The translations under genes were made by a program, and so were the position numbers. The notes below the pieces were generated by a model, which did not search any database, was not told where the DNA came from, and was given only the letters and a program-made list of their open reading frames with translations. From contig JAHDYR010000053.1 in assembly GCA_019828565.1 (NCBI GenBank), positions 1 to 64,000 of the forward strand: a stretch of DNA of 64,000 bases. Direction: 5' to 3'. The stretch comes from Carpediemonas membranifera BICM (lineage: Eukaryota > Protista > Fornicata). Position 1 is the stretch's first letter; each line of letters begins with the position of its first letter. Of this stretch, positions 51,055 through 63,068 are shown in pieces.

Positions 51055-52065
51055 GTGCAGTTTATGCTTTTTCGGCCAACCGACGAAGTCAAGCTTGGCC
51101 AAGACACATACTGTGTACACGGACCCTGGCAGGCTAGTTACGCTGCTCAGACTATGTCTAGAGACGTTCGGCTGGGCTCTGCACGGATGGAAATGAACAC
51201 TATCACGTCAAGCACCCAACAGCAAGAGACAACGGCTTTTAAGGAAGCTTTTGAGCTCTTTATGGACAAGTACTCGCTATTCACAATCAGTAGGCTTTAC
51301 GAGGGCGAGAATAACGGTAACACAGCCAAAATCAGGGCCGATGTCCGCAGCTCGTTCTTTTCCGCTTGGCTATGCACTCAGTGTGGCAGTAAGTGGATGA
51401 TGGAGAGAACGAACAGCCTTCTTGTGTCGTTCTCGGGCTCTGTGGCAGTCGACATTCAGACGACAGTCTTCGCAGGTTTCGGTGCTGGTGATCCGTCGTC
51501 AATGTCGATCGACACCACCCTCGCACTGCTCAAAGACGTGCAGGACTTGGTTGTTTGGTGTGACATTGCTGCTAAGGTGAGGCGCATGAGACTACCGAGC
51601 GACAAGGTCAGGAAGGCGTGCATTACCATCGCACCGACGAGTGTGGCCAAGAGGGCTTACGCAATCGTCAGCCATCCTACTGCTTTCACGGTCTGGTGGG
51701 AGCACTATGCCCTTCGCAAGATTTCTCCTGAAGTCTTCAAGGACTTTATTGACTGGGCCAACTTTACGAGCACAGCCGATCTCGTCACTGGAGAGGTGAC
51801 TGCTGTTCAGCTCACTGACACTGTGATGCACTATGCCATAGACTCTATCTCCAAGTTTGAGTCCGGCTATCACCTCACCAAGTGGGAGGAGCCGTGGGTG
51901 ACCAGAACTTGGCAGAAACCGTGCGAGGCGACTGCAGACGCCAAACAAAACAATCTGGTCGAAAACAAAACTACTCGCAGCTGGTATTGTCCGCAGCCTT
52001 CGCCTCAGGCTCGAAAGCTGTTGGAGCAGTTTACCCGTAGCTCCTTTACTCGGTTTGGTAAGTAA
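51055..52065 (+). CDS. Hypothetical 336-aa protein, W copy 2
   Basis: Intact ORF converging on the 426-aa ORF; no recognised motif. Confidence 0.55.
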   Translation: MQFMLFRPTDEVKLGQDTYCVHGPWQASYAAQTMSRDVRLGSARMEMNTITSSTQQQETTAFKEAFELFMDKYSLFTISRLYEGENNGNTAKIRADVRSSFFSAWLCTQCGSKWMMERTNSLLVSFSGSVAVDIQTTVFAGFGAGDPSSMSIDTTLALLKDVQDLVVWCDIAAKVRRMRLPSDKVRKACITIAPTSVAKRAYAIVSHPTAFTVWWEHYALRKISPEVFKDFIDWANFTSTADLVTGEVTAVQLTDTVMHYAIDSISKFESGYHLTKWEEPWVTRTWQKPCEATADAKQNNLVENKTTRSWYCPQPSPQARKLLEQFTRSSFTRFGK

Positions 52066-52089
52066 CACTGATAAATCAATGGATATAGT

Positions 52090-53370
52090 TTACTCGTCAG
52101 GCTCTTCGACCTGAGGAACTGCCCCAGTTGAGACAACTTCCTCATCAGCTGTTCCAATCGCCTTATAAATGACAACTCTTCTGTCATCGCCCTCAAACTT
52201 CTTCTGGATGAGCGTGGTGAGGGACGAGTCATCCTCGGCAGGGGTGTCAAGCAAAAGATTCTTCAGACCAACATCCATGACAACGTTGGTGTAAGCGATG
52301 GTGTCAGGCAGACAGTGGCTCGAGAGCAGGTCCCAGAAGAGATTGGGGAAGAGAATCATGTATCTCACCACGAGAATATAGTGTCGCGTGACGGTCCCAG
52401 GGTCGATGAACAACATCGTTGCCATGGAGTCACAAATCGACTTGACCATGCCGGCGTACGTCGCCCTGTAATTCCACACCTTCCGAGTTCCATCGATAAG
52501 TTCTCTGGTGGGTCGCATCAAGGCCTCGCTAACCCTAGCCTGCAGTACCTCCAGCTGCTCGGTCGGGACGATGCAGTCGTCGATGGCCACACCGTCATTC
52601 TCCAGCTCATTGTAGAGCTCCATCTGATATGCCACCCATGCGATGTTGCAGATGCGCTCGACACTCTGGACCCTCTCATTCCGAATGACCGACTTCAGGT
52701 CCGACTTGGATATAAACTTCAGCTCCCTGGCGCCGGCTGCCTCAAGCTTGGTGGAACTAGCCCACGAGCTTAGGAACTGCTCCACATCAATCTCACTGGT
52801 AAGGAAAGGAAGCTTGCGCTTCGGCGCCTTGGCGCGGGCAGTGGGAGTTATGGCGGATGCGGATGCACCAGTGTCGGCGATGGCCACAGACGAGCTACCA
52901 ACAGAGCCAGAAGAAGCTGCCTCGGCGAGGGACATGGAAGGGACAGCCGAGCGGGTGCCAGAGCACGGTTCATCGGCTGAAAGCTGTCTGGCAGCAGAAC
53001 CGGTGGGAGATGGGTCGGCGAGGGATATAGCGGCGTCGCCAGCTGCGCGCCTGGCTGCGCGCAGGGCTCGGTCTGAAGGCTTGGCAGGAGAACTAGAATC
53101 GACTTGCTCTGCGCAATCGGCGGAGCGAAAGCGCTTTTCAGCAGGTTGCGGAGCTGCCTTGCGCACAATGGGCTCATCGCGTTCCTCTAACACGTTAGAA
53201 TCTGGAACAAGCTCAAGAGCGGCGCGAAAGAGCTCCTCGGCACGTCCACGGGCGGAATCGTTGAAACGGTTGACAACGAGGACCGATTTCTCAGATAACT
53301 TGTCCCGTCGCATACGATAGGACGTACCAGTGAGGCAGTGAAGCTCCTGAAGCATGTAATTGCTTTCCAT
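52090..53370 (-). CDS. Hypothetical 426-aa protein, W copy 2
   Basis: One amino-acid difference (G/D) from copy 1. Confidence 0.6.
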   Translation of the reverse strand: MESNYMLQELHCLTGTSYRMRRDKLSEKSVLVVNRFNDSARGRAEELFRAALELVPDSNVLEERDEPIVRKAAPQPAEKRFRSADCAEQVDSSSPAKPSDRALRAARRAAGDAAISLADPSPTGSAARQLSADEPCSGTRSAVPSMSLAEAASSGSVGSSSVAIADTGASASAITPTARAKAPKRKLPFLTSEIDVEQFLSSWASSTKLEAAGARELKFISKSDLKSVIRNERVQSVERICNIAWVAYQMELYNELENDGVAIDDCIVPTEQLEVLQARVSEALMRPTRELIDGTRKVWNYRATYAGMVKSICDSMATMLFIDPGTVTRHYILVVRYMILFPNLFWDLLSSHCLPDTIAYTNVVMDVGLKNLLLDTPAEDDSSLTTLIQKKFEGDDRRVVIYKAIGTADEEVVSTGAVPQVEEPDE

Positions 53371-55098
53371 GTCGATTCCAGCAATGCGCGAAGAACAAGA
53401 ACCTTGGGAACAACCATGGGAGCACCAGACGTACTGTTTACGAAGGCAGATGGTAGGCCAGGGTCCCCGGTCGATTCACCATGGCCTCTTCAGCGTCCTC
53501 ATAAATCTGAATCATCTTCTTGTCTTGCTCCCGATGTTGTCATTGCTGTTTTCGTGTCCACAAGCATTCCAGTCTCATTATAATGTTTATTCAGTACCAA
53601 ATCATCCTTTAGTGACGGGCATTCTCATCTGCATTGCCGAGAAAAAGAGTTGATGTTGATTAGATGGTGACGAATGCATTACCGGACATTTGACGCGCAC
53701 AACCTGCTTAATACTGCATAAAAGCATCGCTGATCGCTTTCTCTTCTGTTCTTCAACGCCCAAGGAGCGGCTTCCAGGTCGGCAACGGTTGCCGACCTGG
53801 ACCCGTGCAGTTTATGCTTTTTCGGCCAACCGACGAAGTCAAGCTTGGCCAAGACACATACTGTGTACAAGGACCCTGGCAGGCTAGTTACGCCGCTCAG
53901 CCTCTGCATCCAGTTGATAATCACTCGCCATTTACTTCTGGTGCTTTTCCTGCTCTCTCTTCTCCATCACGTCGTCATACTCGGCCCTCGTCAGCCTCAC
54001 AGTTGTCATCCCGGCATCACGGATGTGCTCAAAGGCCTCAACGGGCAGCTTCGGCATCCCGTCCTCGCTGTCGCTGCTGCTGCCCAAGTCTGACTCGCTC
54101 TCGTGATAGCGGCGAAGGCGAATGCGTCTGCTGGGCACCCTGGTCTTCATAGCGTCATAGAGCGGAGCGAGCCCACTTCCATTGGCCCCGCTACGGACAC
54201 CCTCATCGGTATCTCTCTCAGACATATCACACTCAACCTGTTGTGACTGAACAAATGACAGGTTGTCGACGAGGCTATCCTCGGCATCGCTGTCTGAACT
54301 CTCCTCATCCTCCCACTCTCCTTCCAGCATCTCCAACCCGGCCTCATCGTCAAACTCGCCCTCCACTGCGGTCTCCGGCATCTCTGCCTCGCCAGCTGTC
54401 TCGTCAAACAGCGCCTCATCGTCAGACTCACCCTCCCCGTGTCGACCCCCATCGGGATTACGCTGGTCGTGGAGCTGGACCATCCTCATCCTGAGCTTTT
54501 TGTAAAGCCACCAGGTCGGCAGAGCTTAAGGTAATCCTGGCGCCCTCATCCTGGCGCCTCATCCCTGGCGCCGTCATCCCTGGCGTCCTCTCCCTCATAA
54601 ATCTGAATCATCTTCTTGTCTTGCTCCCCGATGTTGTCATTGCTGTTTTCGTGTCCACAAGCATTCCAGTCTCATTATAATGTTTATTCAGTACCAAATC
54701 ATCCTTTAGTGACGGGCATTCTCATCTGCATTGCCGAGAAAAAGAGTTGATGTTGATTAGATGGTGACGAATGCATTACCGGACATTTGACGCGCACAAC
54801 CTGCTTAATACTGCATAAAAGCATCGCTGATCGCTTTCTCTTCTGTTCTTCAACGCCCAAGGAGCGGCTTCCAGGTCGGCAACGGTTGCCGACCTGGACC
54901 CGTGCAGTTTATGCTCGCAACCAAAGTTGGTCACAGTTTCAATGATACGTGTTAACAATGCAACATAGACGGGTAAACACTGGTGTGAACTAATATATCC
55001 TCGCTAATTCACGTGACGTGAGTGATGTTGCACTTGTGACTATGAACAGACTCCTAGTTAATAGTACCGATCAAATTACCGAATACTTCATGTCATAT

Positions 55099-57150
55099 TT
55101 AGTTCTTACGTCTCCTAATCTTCACCTGGGTCGGCTTTGAGACCTTCCGCAAAGTTGCATGTCGACCCATCAACTGTATCACGTAGTTGATGTCGAGCCT
55201 GGCGCACTCCGCCCTAAAACTCTCCAGCGCTCTACTCTGATCGCCATCGAAGGGACGCCGCACTGTCAATGCATTGCCCTTCTCGTTACGGTAAATGTGC
55301 GTGATCATCTTCTCATCAATGTTGACAAGCATGGTCGGCTTCCCTGTCATCGAAGTCCACACTCTGATTGCTTCAACGCATGCCCATCTCGTCACTGTCC
55401 CGTCACTATTGACGTGCCCAGGAAACAGCTCATCCAGAAGCTCTATCTCTGTCATCTTTGAGAATACGGCCATGGTCCTTGCGTGGGCGAGGAGCGTCTG
55501 GCGGTAAGCTGTCGCCTCATCCTCAGCCTTGAGCTTCTGCGACAAGGGCAATTTGCGTCTGAACGCAGTAAATGTTCTCAGACCCGACATCATCATCAGG
55601 CAGTGAATGATGCAGTTCCCATAACCCAGGGTCGGATACGTAGGCCAACCTGAACTCGGAAGCCTTGTCGTGATGATCATGTCGAATGCCACAGTTCGGT
55701 TGTAGCGGGTTGGGTCAGACCTGGCGTTGACCACTCTTCCGCTCTCCTCGGTTTCACCCTCCTCCTCTGCCCCACCCTCCTCGTCTGACTCGGCCTTCTC
55801 TTCCTCCTGCTCCTCCTCTGACTTACTCTTGGCCGGAGAGTGCTGTGCGATGATATCCTTCATCTCAGGCGTAAAGTTGAGGTCTATGGGGTCTGCCAGG
55901 TCATTCGGAGCGGTTGCTTGTGCAGACGCTGAGCAAACATCCTCGTCGTCGCCGGAGTTGCCGCCCTCGAGGTCGCCAAAGTGCAGCTCCTCCATCAACT
56001 CATCCGCCACTGGCTCCTCTTCCTCCTCTGACTCGACCTCCTCCACTGGCTCCTCTTCCTCCTCTGACTCGACCTCCTCCACTGGCTCCTCTTCCTCCTC
56101 TGACTCCTCCTCCGAGTCCTCTGGCCTGGCCTTCTCGGGCTCGGTGGTGATGGCCTTGCGCTTCACAGACATGGCTGCCTGCGCCTCGTCCGTATCGCGT
56201 CGGGGGCAGGAAGTCCTGGAGAGCGTGCCAGACTGTGGCGGGATGGGGCTGGCGGCGAACGAAACATCGCAGGAAGCAAGGTACCCAACGTCATGCTCAT
56301 GATGGATACGCCTGCACTCAAGAAAGTGGTCTCTTCTCTCGTCAGTCACCTGCTTCGTCAGCCGCTCGACCTGCTCCTTGAGAGATTGGATCTCCGTCTT
56401 CTGAGCAGAGATCAGACTGGCTGTCACGCGACGTACGACTCGAGCTTCAGCAGGGAGTCTCGTGGTCAAAGTCTTCTCGCCAGTAAGCGCCTGAGTATCG
56501 ATCTGGTCGGCCCAGAGATAGCGCTGAAGCACGTGGTCGGCGTGATCCTCGCCGGGACAGGGGGCGTTATCCCTGCGGGCCCGCACACGACGAGTACCGC
56601 AGATCTCATCGTACACTCGCTCCCATACCACGTCATACTTGGACTCGCGCGTGTATTCCATCTCCTTTTCCAACTCCTTTCGGTCTTCCTCATCGGCCAG
56701 CTTCATCATCTGAACCCGAGTACAATCCCTGATGTCCTCGTCCTCCTCCTTCGCGAGTTCACACTCAAGCCTAGCGTTTGTCTTCATTCTAGCCTCACGA
56801 ATGCTCTTCTTCACCCGAATACGCGCGCTCTCCACCTCGCCGTCGTACAGGTGCGTGAAGGTATCCCCGCCGAGGACCTGCTTCAGTGTTTTCTTGTGTT
56901 CCCCTGTGACTCTTTCACCCTCATTCAATTTCATCGTCGCCATAAACTGCGCCTTAAGGTCCTTCTTCATATCTTCCGTCTCCTGGCGCGTGAGGCGGAA
57001 GAACGTGGCAATACGCTTGAGATTAACACCTGTGTAAACAATTTCGCTCAGTAACGTACGTTCCTTGATCACAGTAGCGAGTAAATCGCGCCTAGGCAGC
57101 AAAAAGCGCGCGAAGGACGTCGCATTTGCCTTTAGCGCTTGCAGCTGCAT
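55099..57150 (-). CDS. Coiled-coil/acidic protein with C-terminal OTU-like cysteine protease domain
   Basis: YPTLGYGNCIIHCL (G-x-GNC), WACVEAI and QLMGRHATL; contains 36-bp EEEEEPVEEVES repeats at about 56.0-56.1 kb. Confidence 0.65.
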   Translation of the reverse strand: MQLQALKANATSFARFLLPRRDLLATVIKERTLLSEIVYTGVNLKRIATFFRLTRQETEDMKKDLKAQFMATMKLNEGERVTGEHKKTLKQVLGGDTFTHLYDGEVESARIRVKKSIREARMKTNARLECELAKEEDEDIRDCTRVQMMKLADEEDRKELEKEMEYTRESKYDVVWERVYDEICGTRRVRARRDNAPCPGEDHADHVLQRYLWADQIDTQALTGEKTLTTRLPAEARVVRRVTASLISAQKTEIQSLKEQVERLTKQVTDERRDHFLECRRIHHEHDVGYLASCDVSFAASPIPPQSGTLSRTSCPRRDTDEAQAAMSVKRKAITTEPEKARPEDSEEESEEEEEPVEEVESEEEEEPVEEVESEEEEEPVADELMEELHFGDLEGGNSGDDEDVCSASAQATAPNDLADPIDLNFTPEMKDIIAQHSPAKSKSEEEQEEEKAESDEEGGAEEEGETEESGRVVNARSDPTRYNRTVAFDMIITTRLPSSGWPTYPTLGYGNCIIHCLMMMSGLRTFTAFRRKLPLSQKLKAEDEATAYRQTLLAHARTMAVFSKMTEIELLDELFPGHVNSDGTVTRWACVEAIRVWTSMTGKPTMLVNIDEKMITHIYRNEKGNALTVRRPFDGDQSRALESFRAECARLDINYVIQLMGRHATLRKVSKPTQVKIRRRKN

Positions 57151-58115
57151 TGATCTTGGTCATTAGCTCCTTCTTCTCGAACTCAGTGGCTTCTTCCAGC
57201 CAAGTGAACAAGTCTAGCATCGTATATCGCCAAGAGACGTTAAATGGTTACTAAAAGTTTATGTATATCGCCTGCGGCTTGTAAGCACTCACACCGTGAC
57301 TACCACCAGCCGTCATCACACCCCTAGCCCTACCCACACGTCCATTCTCGCCGATGCTGATTAAATCGTCCGGCCAGCGAGCCGGGGCCTTTCGCAAATT
57401 TAATATGGCCAAGAGACGTTATCTGCGGCTGAAAAGAGCCCCATATAACCCCCTATGACGTTATACGGAGAAATCATCGCCGATTTTCACGTTTCGGCGA
57501 GCTCCGGCCAAGGGGTCCAGGAGTCAGCTTTTGGGGGAAGGTCTGTGGTGCTATAACGTACCTCGGGACGCACTGTGGAGGCCCCTAGAGTACTCGGTCA
57601 TGGCATGTCAGACCAAGGGTGCCTCAAATCTGGCCCCATTCAGGATGCTCCCCCTAAATGTTCCGTTGCAAGCGTCTGACGGGCGTTCTCTGGATACCGA
57701 CCAAGATGGAGGTCACGTGGATGAACGGACGATAATTACGGTATTCTGGCCATGCCTGGTACTCTCAAATCATCTGTACTGCTCTATGCTCCATTTATAG
57801 TTCATATCGTTTCGTCCTGATGGACTTTTGGTACTTGATGTTGTTTAGAGATAATTGTTGCTTTAATGATGCTCTGCGCCCGCATACTGATGTTTCTTAG
57901 TGATATGTGCATGCCTGTATCGTTAAAGCCGCCAGTATTCTTCCTATTCTTCAGTTCGTCATTTCGGTCTCGTTGCGAGCATAAAGTGCGCGAATGCGCG
58001 GGTCAGTTCACCCGTTTTCAGCGAAGCTGATGCGACAACACAGAGGCAAGCGAATCCTTTCACCTCAGGCGTTGCCAAGAGGCCGTTGTCTGCCAGGATC
58101 TATAAGCAGTGATGA

Positions 58116-58445
58116 GATATACGGATTTCAGACTTTCTGCCTGCACGACCTCAAATGTTGACTCCCCTCGGCACCGAAAAGGCACCTATATCCATGAATA
58201 CCCTCTACAGTGATGTATCCACCCGATAAATGGATTTCAAATTTGTCGGGTCTCATGATAAATGGATTTCAGACTTTCGTACTGTTGGCCATCTGAGAAT
58301 TTATGAACGACCTCTAGAATATTTTGAAATGCAAGAACGTGCCTATGGCACTCTTTTGTACCCCTGAACACGGTTTGACCACTGTTTTGGGCATTTGGAG
58401 AGATTCGAATTTTTGTGCATGACGAAAGTCTGAAATCCGTATATC
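58116..58445. promoter_or_regulatory. Iterated 22-bp site: perfect inverted pair plus two internal partial direct copies
   Basis: GATATACGGATTTCAGACTTTC at 58116-58137 and its exact reverse complement at 58424-58445; GATAAATGGATTTCA at 58225 and 58257. Ends 1 bp before the ATG at 58447. Confidence 0.75.
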
Positions 58446-58446
58446 G

Positions 58447-59834
58447 ATGGAAGGAAGCCCGCAGGAGATGGAAACAAGCATTCAAGACGTGAAGAATGCT
58501 TGGTTGTGCACCATCAGCAAGAAATCTTCCCGGAAAGCGGCCGCAAACAACCTTTCGCGGTTCGTTCAATTCGTACAACGTGAGCGAGGGAGTACCGAGG
58601 ACGAAGCGCTCTCCGTGATCCGATCCGAGGAGGTTAGATCGCTTGTGCCCGGTTTTGCTGCATCATTGAACAAGGCAACCGCTGCTGTCACTCTCAGTGC
58701 CGTCAACTCATTCCGAAACTCCGGCAGAGACAATGTCAAGCCGCTTGGGCAGTTTGAGCCTGTCGCATCGGAAGCTATTGTCCGACTAGTCTTCCCCTAC
58801 AATGCGCTGGCTCTTATCATCAGCCACACGGGCATGACTGCCACATCAGCCCGCGATATTGATGTGAGCGAGCTCCAGATTCCCCCGGAACTCTCTGACT
58901 GGTTGCTATTCACCGGGGCACCATCTGCGATGTCCGCTGTGATGCCTAGCACCTTCTCGCAGGCTCTCAAGTCGGTCGGGCTGAGTGTTAACCAGCTTCG
59001 CTATGCGCCCACTGTGCATGTCGATCTCAATCAGCTCAAGAAGCGGGTGATTGAGACACAAAGACGGACTGGCAGGCCCAGGGATCCGATCAAGGTTCGT
59101 AAGGTCATTAAGGACAAGCGCATCAGCCTGACCGATGAGCAGTTCAGGCATCAGTTGGCGTCCAGTCACTTAACGACCACGCGGCGCCCAACGATCCTCG
59201 ATCTCAACCCGGAGATCCGAAGCTCTGCTGACCTGGTGCCGCCGACGCTCGATGACTGGCTTTACAACAAGCTCAGGATTAGGATGGTCCAGCTCCACGA
59301 CCAGCGTAAGCCCGAGGGGGTCGACACGGGGAGGGTGAGTCTGACGATGAGGCGCTGTTTGACGAGACAGCTGGCGAGGCAGAGATGCCGGAGACCGCAG
59401 TGGAGGGCGAGTTTGACGATGAGGCCGGGTTGGAGATGCTGGAAGGAGAGTGGGAGGATGAGGAGAGTTCAGACAGCGATGCCGAGGATAGCCTCGTCGA
59501 CAACCTGTCATTTCTTCAGTCACAACAGGTTGAGTGTGATATGTCTGAGAGAGATACCGATGAGGGTGTCCGTAGCGGGGCCAATGGAAGTGGGCTCGCT
59601 CCGCTCTATGACGCTATGAAGACCAGGGAGCCCAGCAGACGCATTCGCCTTCGCCGCTATCACGAGAGCGAGTCAGACTTGGGCAGCAGCAGCGACAGCG
59701 AGGACGGGATGCCGAAGCTGCCCGTTGAGGCCTTTGAGCACATCCGTGATGCCGGGATGACAACTGTGAGGCTGACGAGGGCCGAGTATGACGACGTGAT
59801 GGAGAAGAGAGAGCAGGAAAAGCACCAGAAGTAA
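58447..59834 (+). CDS. Degenerate tyrosine-recombinase-like protein with acidic C-terminal tail (frameshift near 59330)
   Basis: NNLSRFVQFV, ATAAVTLSAVNSF (core-binding helices), LIISHTGMTATSA (TG-x-R box with R replaced by T), GLSVNQLRYA (H-x-LR box). The tail is the same sequence as segment Y. Confidence 0.45.
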
Positions 59835-61269
59835 ATGGCGAGTGATTATCAACTGGATGCAGAGGCTGAGCGGCGTAACTAGCCTGCCAGGGTCCGTGTA
59901 CACAGTATGTGTCTTGGCCAAGCTTGACTTCGTCGGTTGGCCGAAAAAGCATAAACTGCACGGGTCCAGGTCGGCAACCGTTGCCGACCTGGAAGCCGCT
60001 CCTTGGGCGTTGAAGAACAGAAGAGAAAGCGATCAGCGATGCTTTTATGCAGTATTAAGCAGGTTGTGCGCGTCAAATGTCCGGTAATGCATTCGTCACC
60101 ATCTAATCAACATCAACTCTTTTTCTCGGCAATGCAGATGAGAATGCCCGTCACTAAAGGATGATTTGGTACTGAATAAACATTATAATGAGACTGGAAT
60201 GCTTGTGGACACGAAAACAGCAATGACAACATCGGGAGCAAGACAAGAAGATGATTCAGATTTATGAGGGAGAGGACGCCAGGGATGACGGCGCCAGGGA
60301 TGAGGCGCCAGGATGAGGGCGCCAGGATTACCTTAAGCTCTGCCGACCTGGTGGCTTTACAAAAAGCTCAGGATGAGGATGGTCCAGCTCCACGACCAGC
60401 GTAATCCCGATGGGGTCGACACAGGGGAGGGTGAGTCTGACGATGAGGCGCTGTTTGACGAGACAGCTGGCGAGGCAGAGATGCCGGAGACCGCAGTGGA
60501 GGGCGAGTTTGACGATGAGGCCGGGTTGGAGATGCTGGAAGGAGAGTGGGAGGATGAGGAGAGTTCAGACAGCGATGCCGAGGATAGCCTCGTCGACAAC
60601 CTGTCATTTGTTCAGTCACAACAGGTTGAGTGTGATATGTCTGAGAGAGATACCGATGAGGGTGTCCGTAGCGGGGCCAATGGAAGTGGGCTCGCTCCGC
60701 TCTATGACGCTATGAAGACCAGGGAGCCCAGCAGACGCATTCGCCTTCGCCGCTATCACGAGAGCGAGTCAGACTTGGGCAGCAGCAGCGACAGCGAGGA
60801 CGGGATGCCGAAGCTGCCCGTTGAGGCCTTTGAGCACATCCGTGATGCCGGGATGACAACTGTGAGGCTGACGAGGGCCGAGTATGACGACGTGATGGAG
60901 AAGAGAGAGCAGGAAAAGCACCAGAAGTAAATGGCGAGTGATTATCAACTGGATGCAGAGGCTGAGCGGCGTAACTAGCCTGCCAGGGTCCGTGTACACA
61001 GTATGTGTCTTGGCTAAGCTTGACTTCGTCGGTTGGCCGAAAAAGCATAAACTGCACGGGTCCAGGTCGGCAACCGTTGCCGACCTGGAAGCCGCTCCTT
61101 GGGCGTTGAAGAACAGAAGAGAAAGCGATCAGCGATGCTTTTATGCAGTATTAAGCAGGTTGTGCGCGTCAAATGTCCGGTAATGCATTCGTCACCATCT
61201 AATCAACATCAACTCTTTTTCTCGGCAATGCAGAGGAGAATGCCCGTCACTAAAGGATGATTTGGTACT
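59268..61269. repeat. Inverted copies of Y-R-Y-r relative to the 47-55 kb array
   Basis: Reverse-complement R at 59866-60269 and partial R at 60962-61269; mirrored ORFs (e.g. 60373..60930 versus 53932..54489). Confidence 0.9.
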
Positions 61270-61554
61270 AACAGGCTTTAATAAGCATGTCAAGCCTGTG
61301 ATCACGATAACAGCCTTCAATAACTACATCAAGGCAATACATCAAGAAGATTGTTTAAAGAGACGGCGGGGAGCAAGATGCAGGGAGAGCGGCAGGGAAA
61401 CGAAGGCATGGGGACAGGAGCCCGAGAAGAGCGCCTGGAGAACGGTGAGGAAGAACGGCGGGGAAGAGCAGCCGGGCGCATGGTACACACATCTGTCATC
61501 ATGTGGCATCAACATTGCCACAGTGGTCAACTCAATAACAAGCAATGTCTTCAT

Positions 61555-62838
61555 TTACTCACTGTTCTGGATCACCAATTCGTACGACGAGTAACAGTCG
61601 GGACAGAGCCGAATCTTGGGAATCGACTTGCCACAGATGACAATCTTCAGCAGCTCCATCTGTACGCAGTTGGCAGAGTTACAGAACCAGTGCCCGCACT
61701 GCCTACAGTGCACGGCTGAGTCGTTGCGTCGGCATGCGTAACACTTCTTCTCATTGAGGCAATAGCTACACGTGTATTTCCAGCGACCCTTAGTGGACTC
61801 GGCCCAGTTCTTGTTCTTTCCAGTCTTAGGCCGGGGAGGGACACAGCGTGAGTTGTCGTGGAAGTTCACTTTGCATTCCTGGCAAGTCACAAACTTTGAC
61901 GTCACGCGATTGTCGATCCAGTCCAGACTGTGGCAATGGCCGCAACAGAAACAAAGCAGCCTATTCTGAATGTCGAGAATCGAGAAAGAATCATCACCGA
62001 CCTCAGACACATCGTCATCGTTGTCCCCTTGGCTGGCCAGACGTGCCTCCACGGTGGCGAGCCTCTGATCGACACTCATCGCGACACGGTGAACATCGTG
62101 CAGCACAATCGACTCGCGAGGCGCTTGAGGGGAAGCTGGAGAGGGAACCGAAGTGGGACCGGACGATGAGTGCAGGAAAGGCTCACTTTTCACGCAAAGC
62201 TCTTGCTTCACGTGTGTAAGGGCGGGGGTGGCAGGGTTGGGGATTTCAACTGTTCTGCACTTGCCCACAAATCTCTCCGGGTCATTGATATCGGGCACAC
62301 AGAGATTAAAGTCTCGGGAGTCGAGATTATCTGGCACAGGAATATTGAGTCTCGACAGGACGGATCTGATCGCGCTGGTTAGCTCCGAACGGACTGGGCG
62401 AGGGAGCTCTTGCAGAGAGCATGGACAACCTTGGGTTTCCCGTCAGATATGGCCACAGTAACCCCCATCGTCTCAGCCCAATCTCGGACGTTCTTCGCAA
62501 CAACCCTTCCCATCGAGACGCCAGGTTTCAACTTCAGCTCATCGAGGAAGTCCGGTGTTTCGGAGCACGGCTGAAGAAACGACACGATGATGTGGTTGAA
62601 CGCATTTCCGAGCTTTTTTGATGGACAGGCCAGTTGGGTCTGAGTCAAAGACGTCAAACGCAAACGTGAAGAAGGCCTTAAGCATGCCCATCATGAGAAT
62701 TGACCGGCAAGTACTCAAAGCGGTTGTGTTCCACTTCGTCATCGGTCTCGATCTCTTAGAAACAGCCTTAACTGCATGATCGTCCGCCATGTTCTCATTT
62801 ACGGCCGCGCGCTTCGTTTCTAGCTCCGTTTCTGTCAT
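61555..62838 (-). CDS. PHD-finger protein, paralog of 4191-5422 (three ORF pieces)
   Basis: FCCGHCHSLDW...CQECKVNFHDNSRC...CSYC. MLKAFF..DSDPTGLSI, NAFNHIIVSFLQP and RDWAETMG match MLTCFF..DVDSGLSL, SAYNTVVSNLLVP and LDWARDLG. Confidence 0.72.
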
Positions 62839-63068
62839 TCCAGAGTAGATTTTCTACTAAAAATTGGCATTGTTACAACCAATCATTAACATTAATAGAG
62901 AAGGAGAATAAAGACTCACCAGCCCGCGGCCAATCGTGACTCAGGTTCGCATCAGACGTCGACAGAGACGAGTTAAACATGAGGCTGGGCAATTGTCTTC
63001 TGAGCTAATCCTTAACCTTTCAAAGAGGATGCTAATACCGAAGTGGACGCTATTACACGGCACTATTT

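Larger units (their letters stand above)
47078..54915. repeat. Direct-repeat array: 404-bp unit R separating segments Y (~0.7 kb) and W (~2.35 kb): r-Y-R-W-R-W-R-Y-r
   Basis: Full R at 47996-48399, 50747-51150 and 53497-53900; partial R at 47078-47302 and 54593-54915. Periods are 1097, 2751, 2750 and ~1096 bp; copies are nearly identical. Confidence 0.92.
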
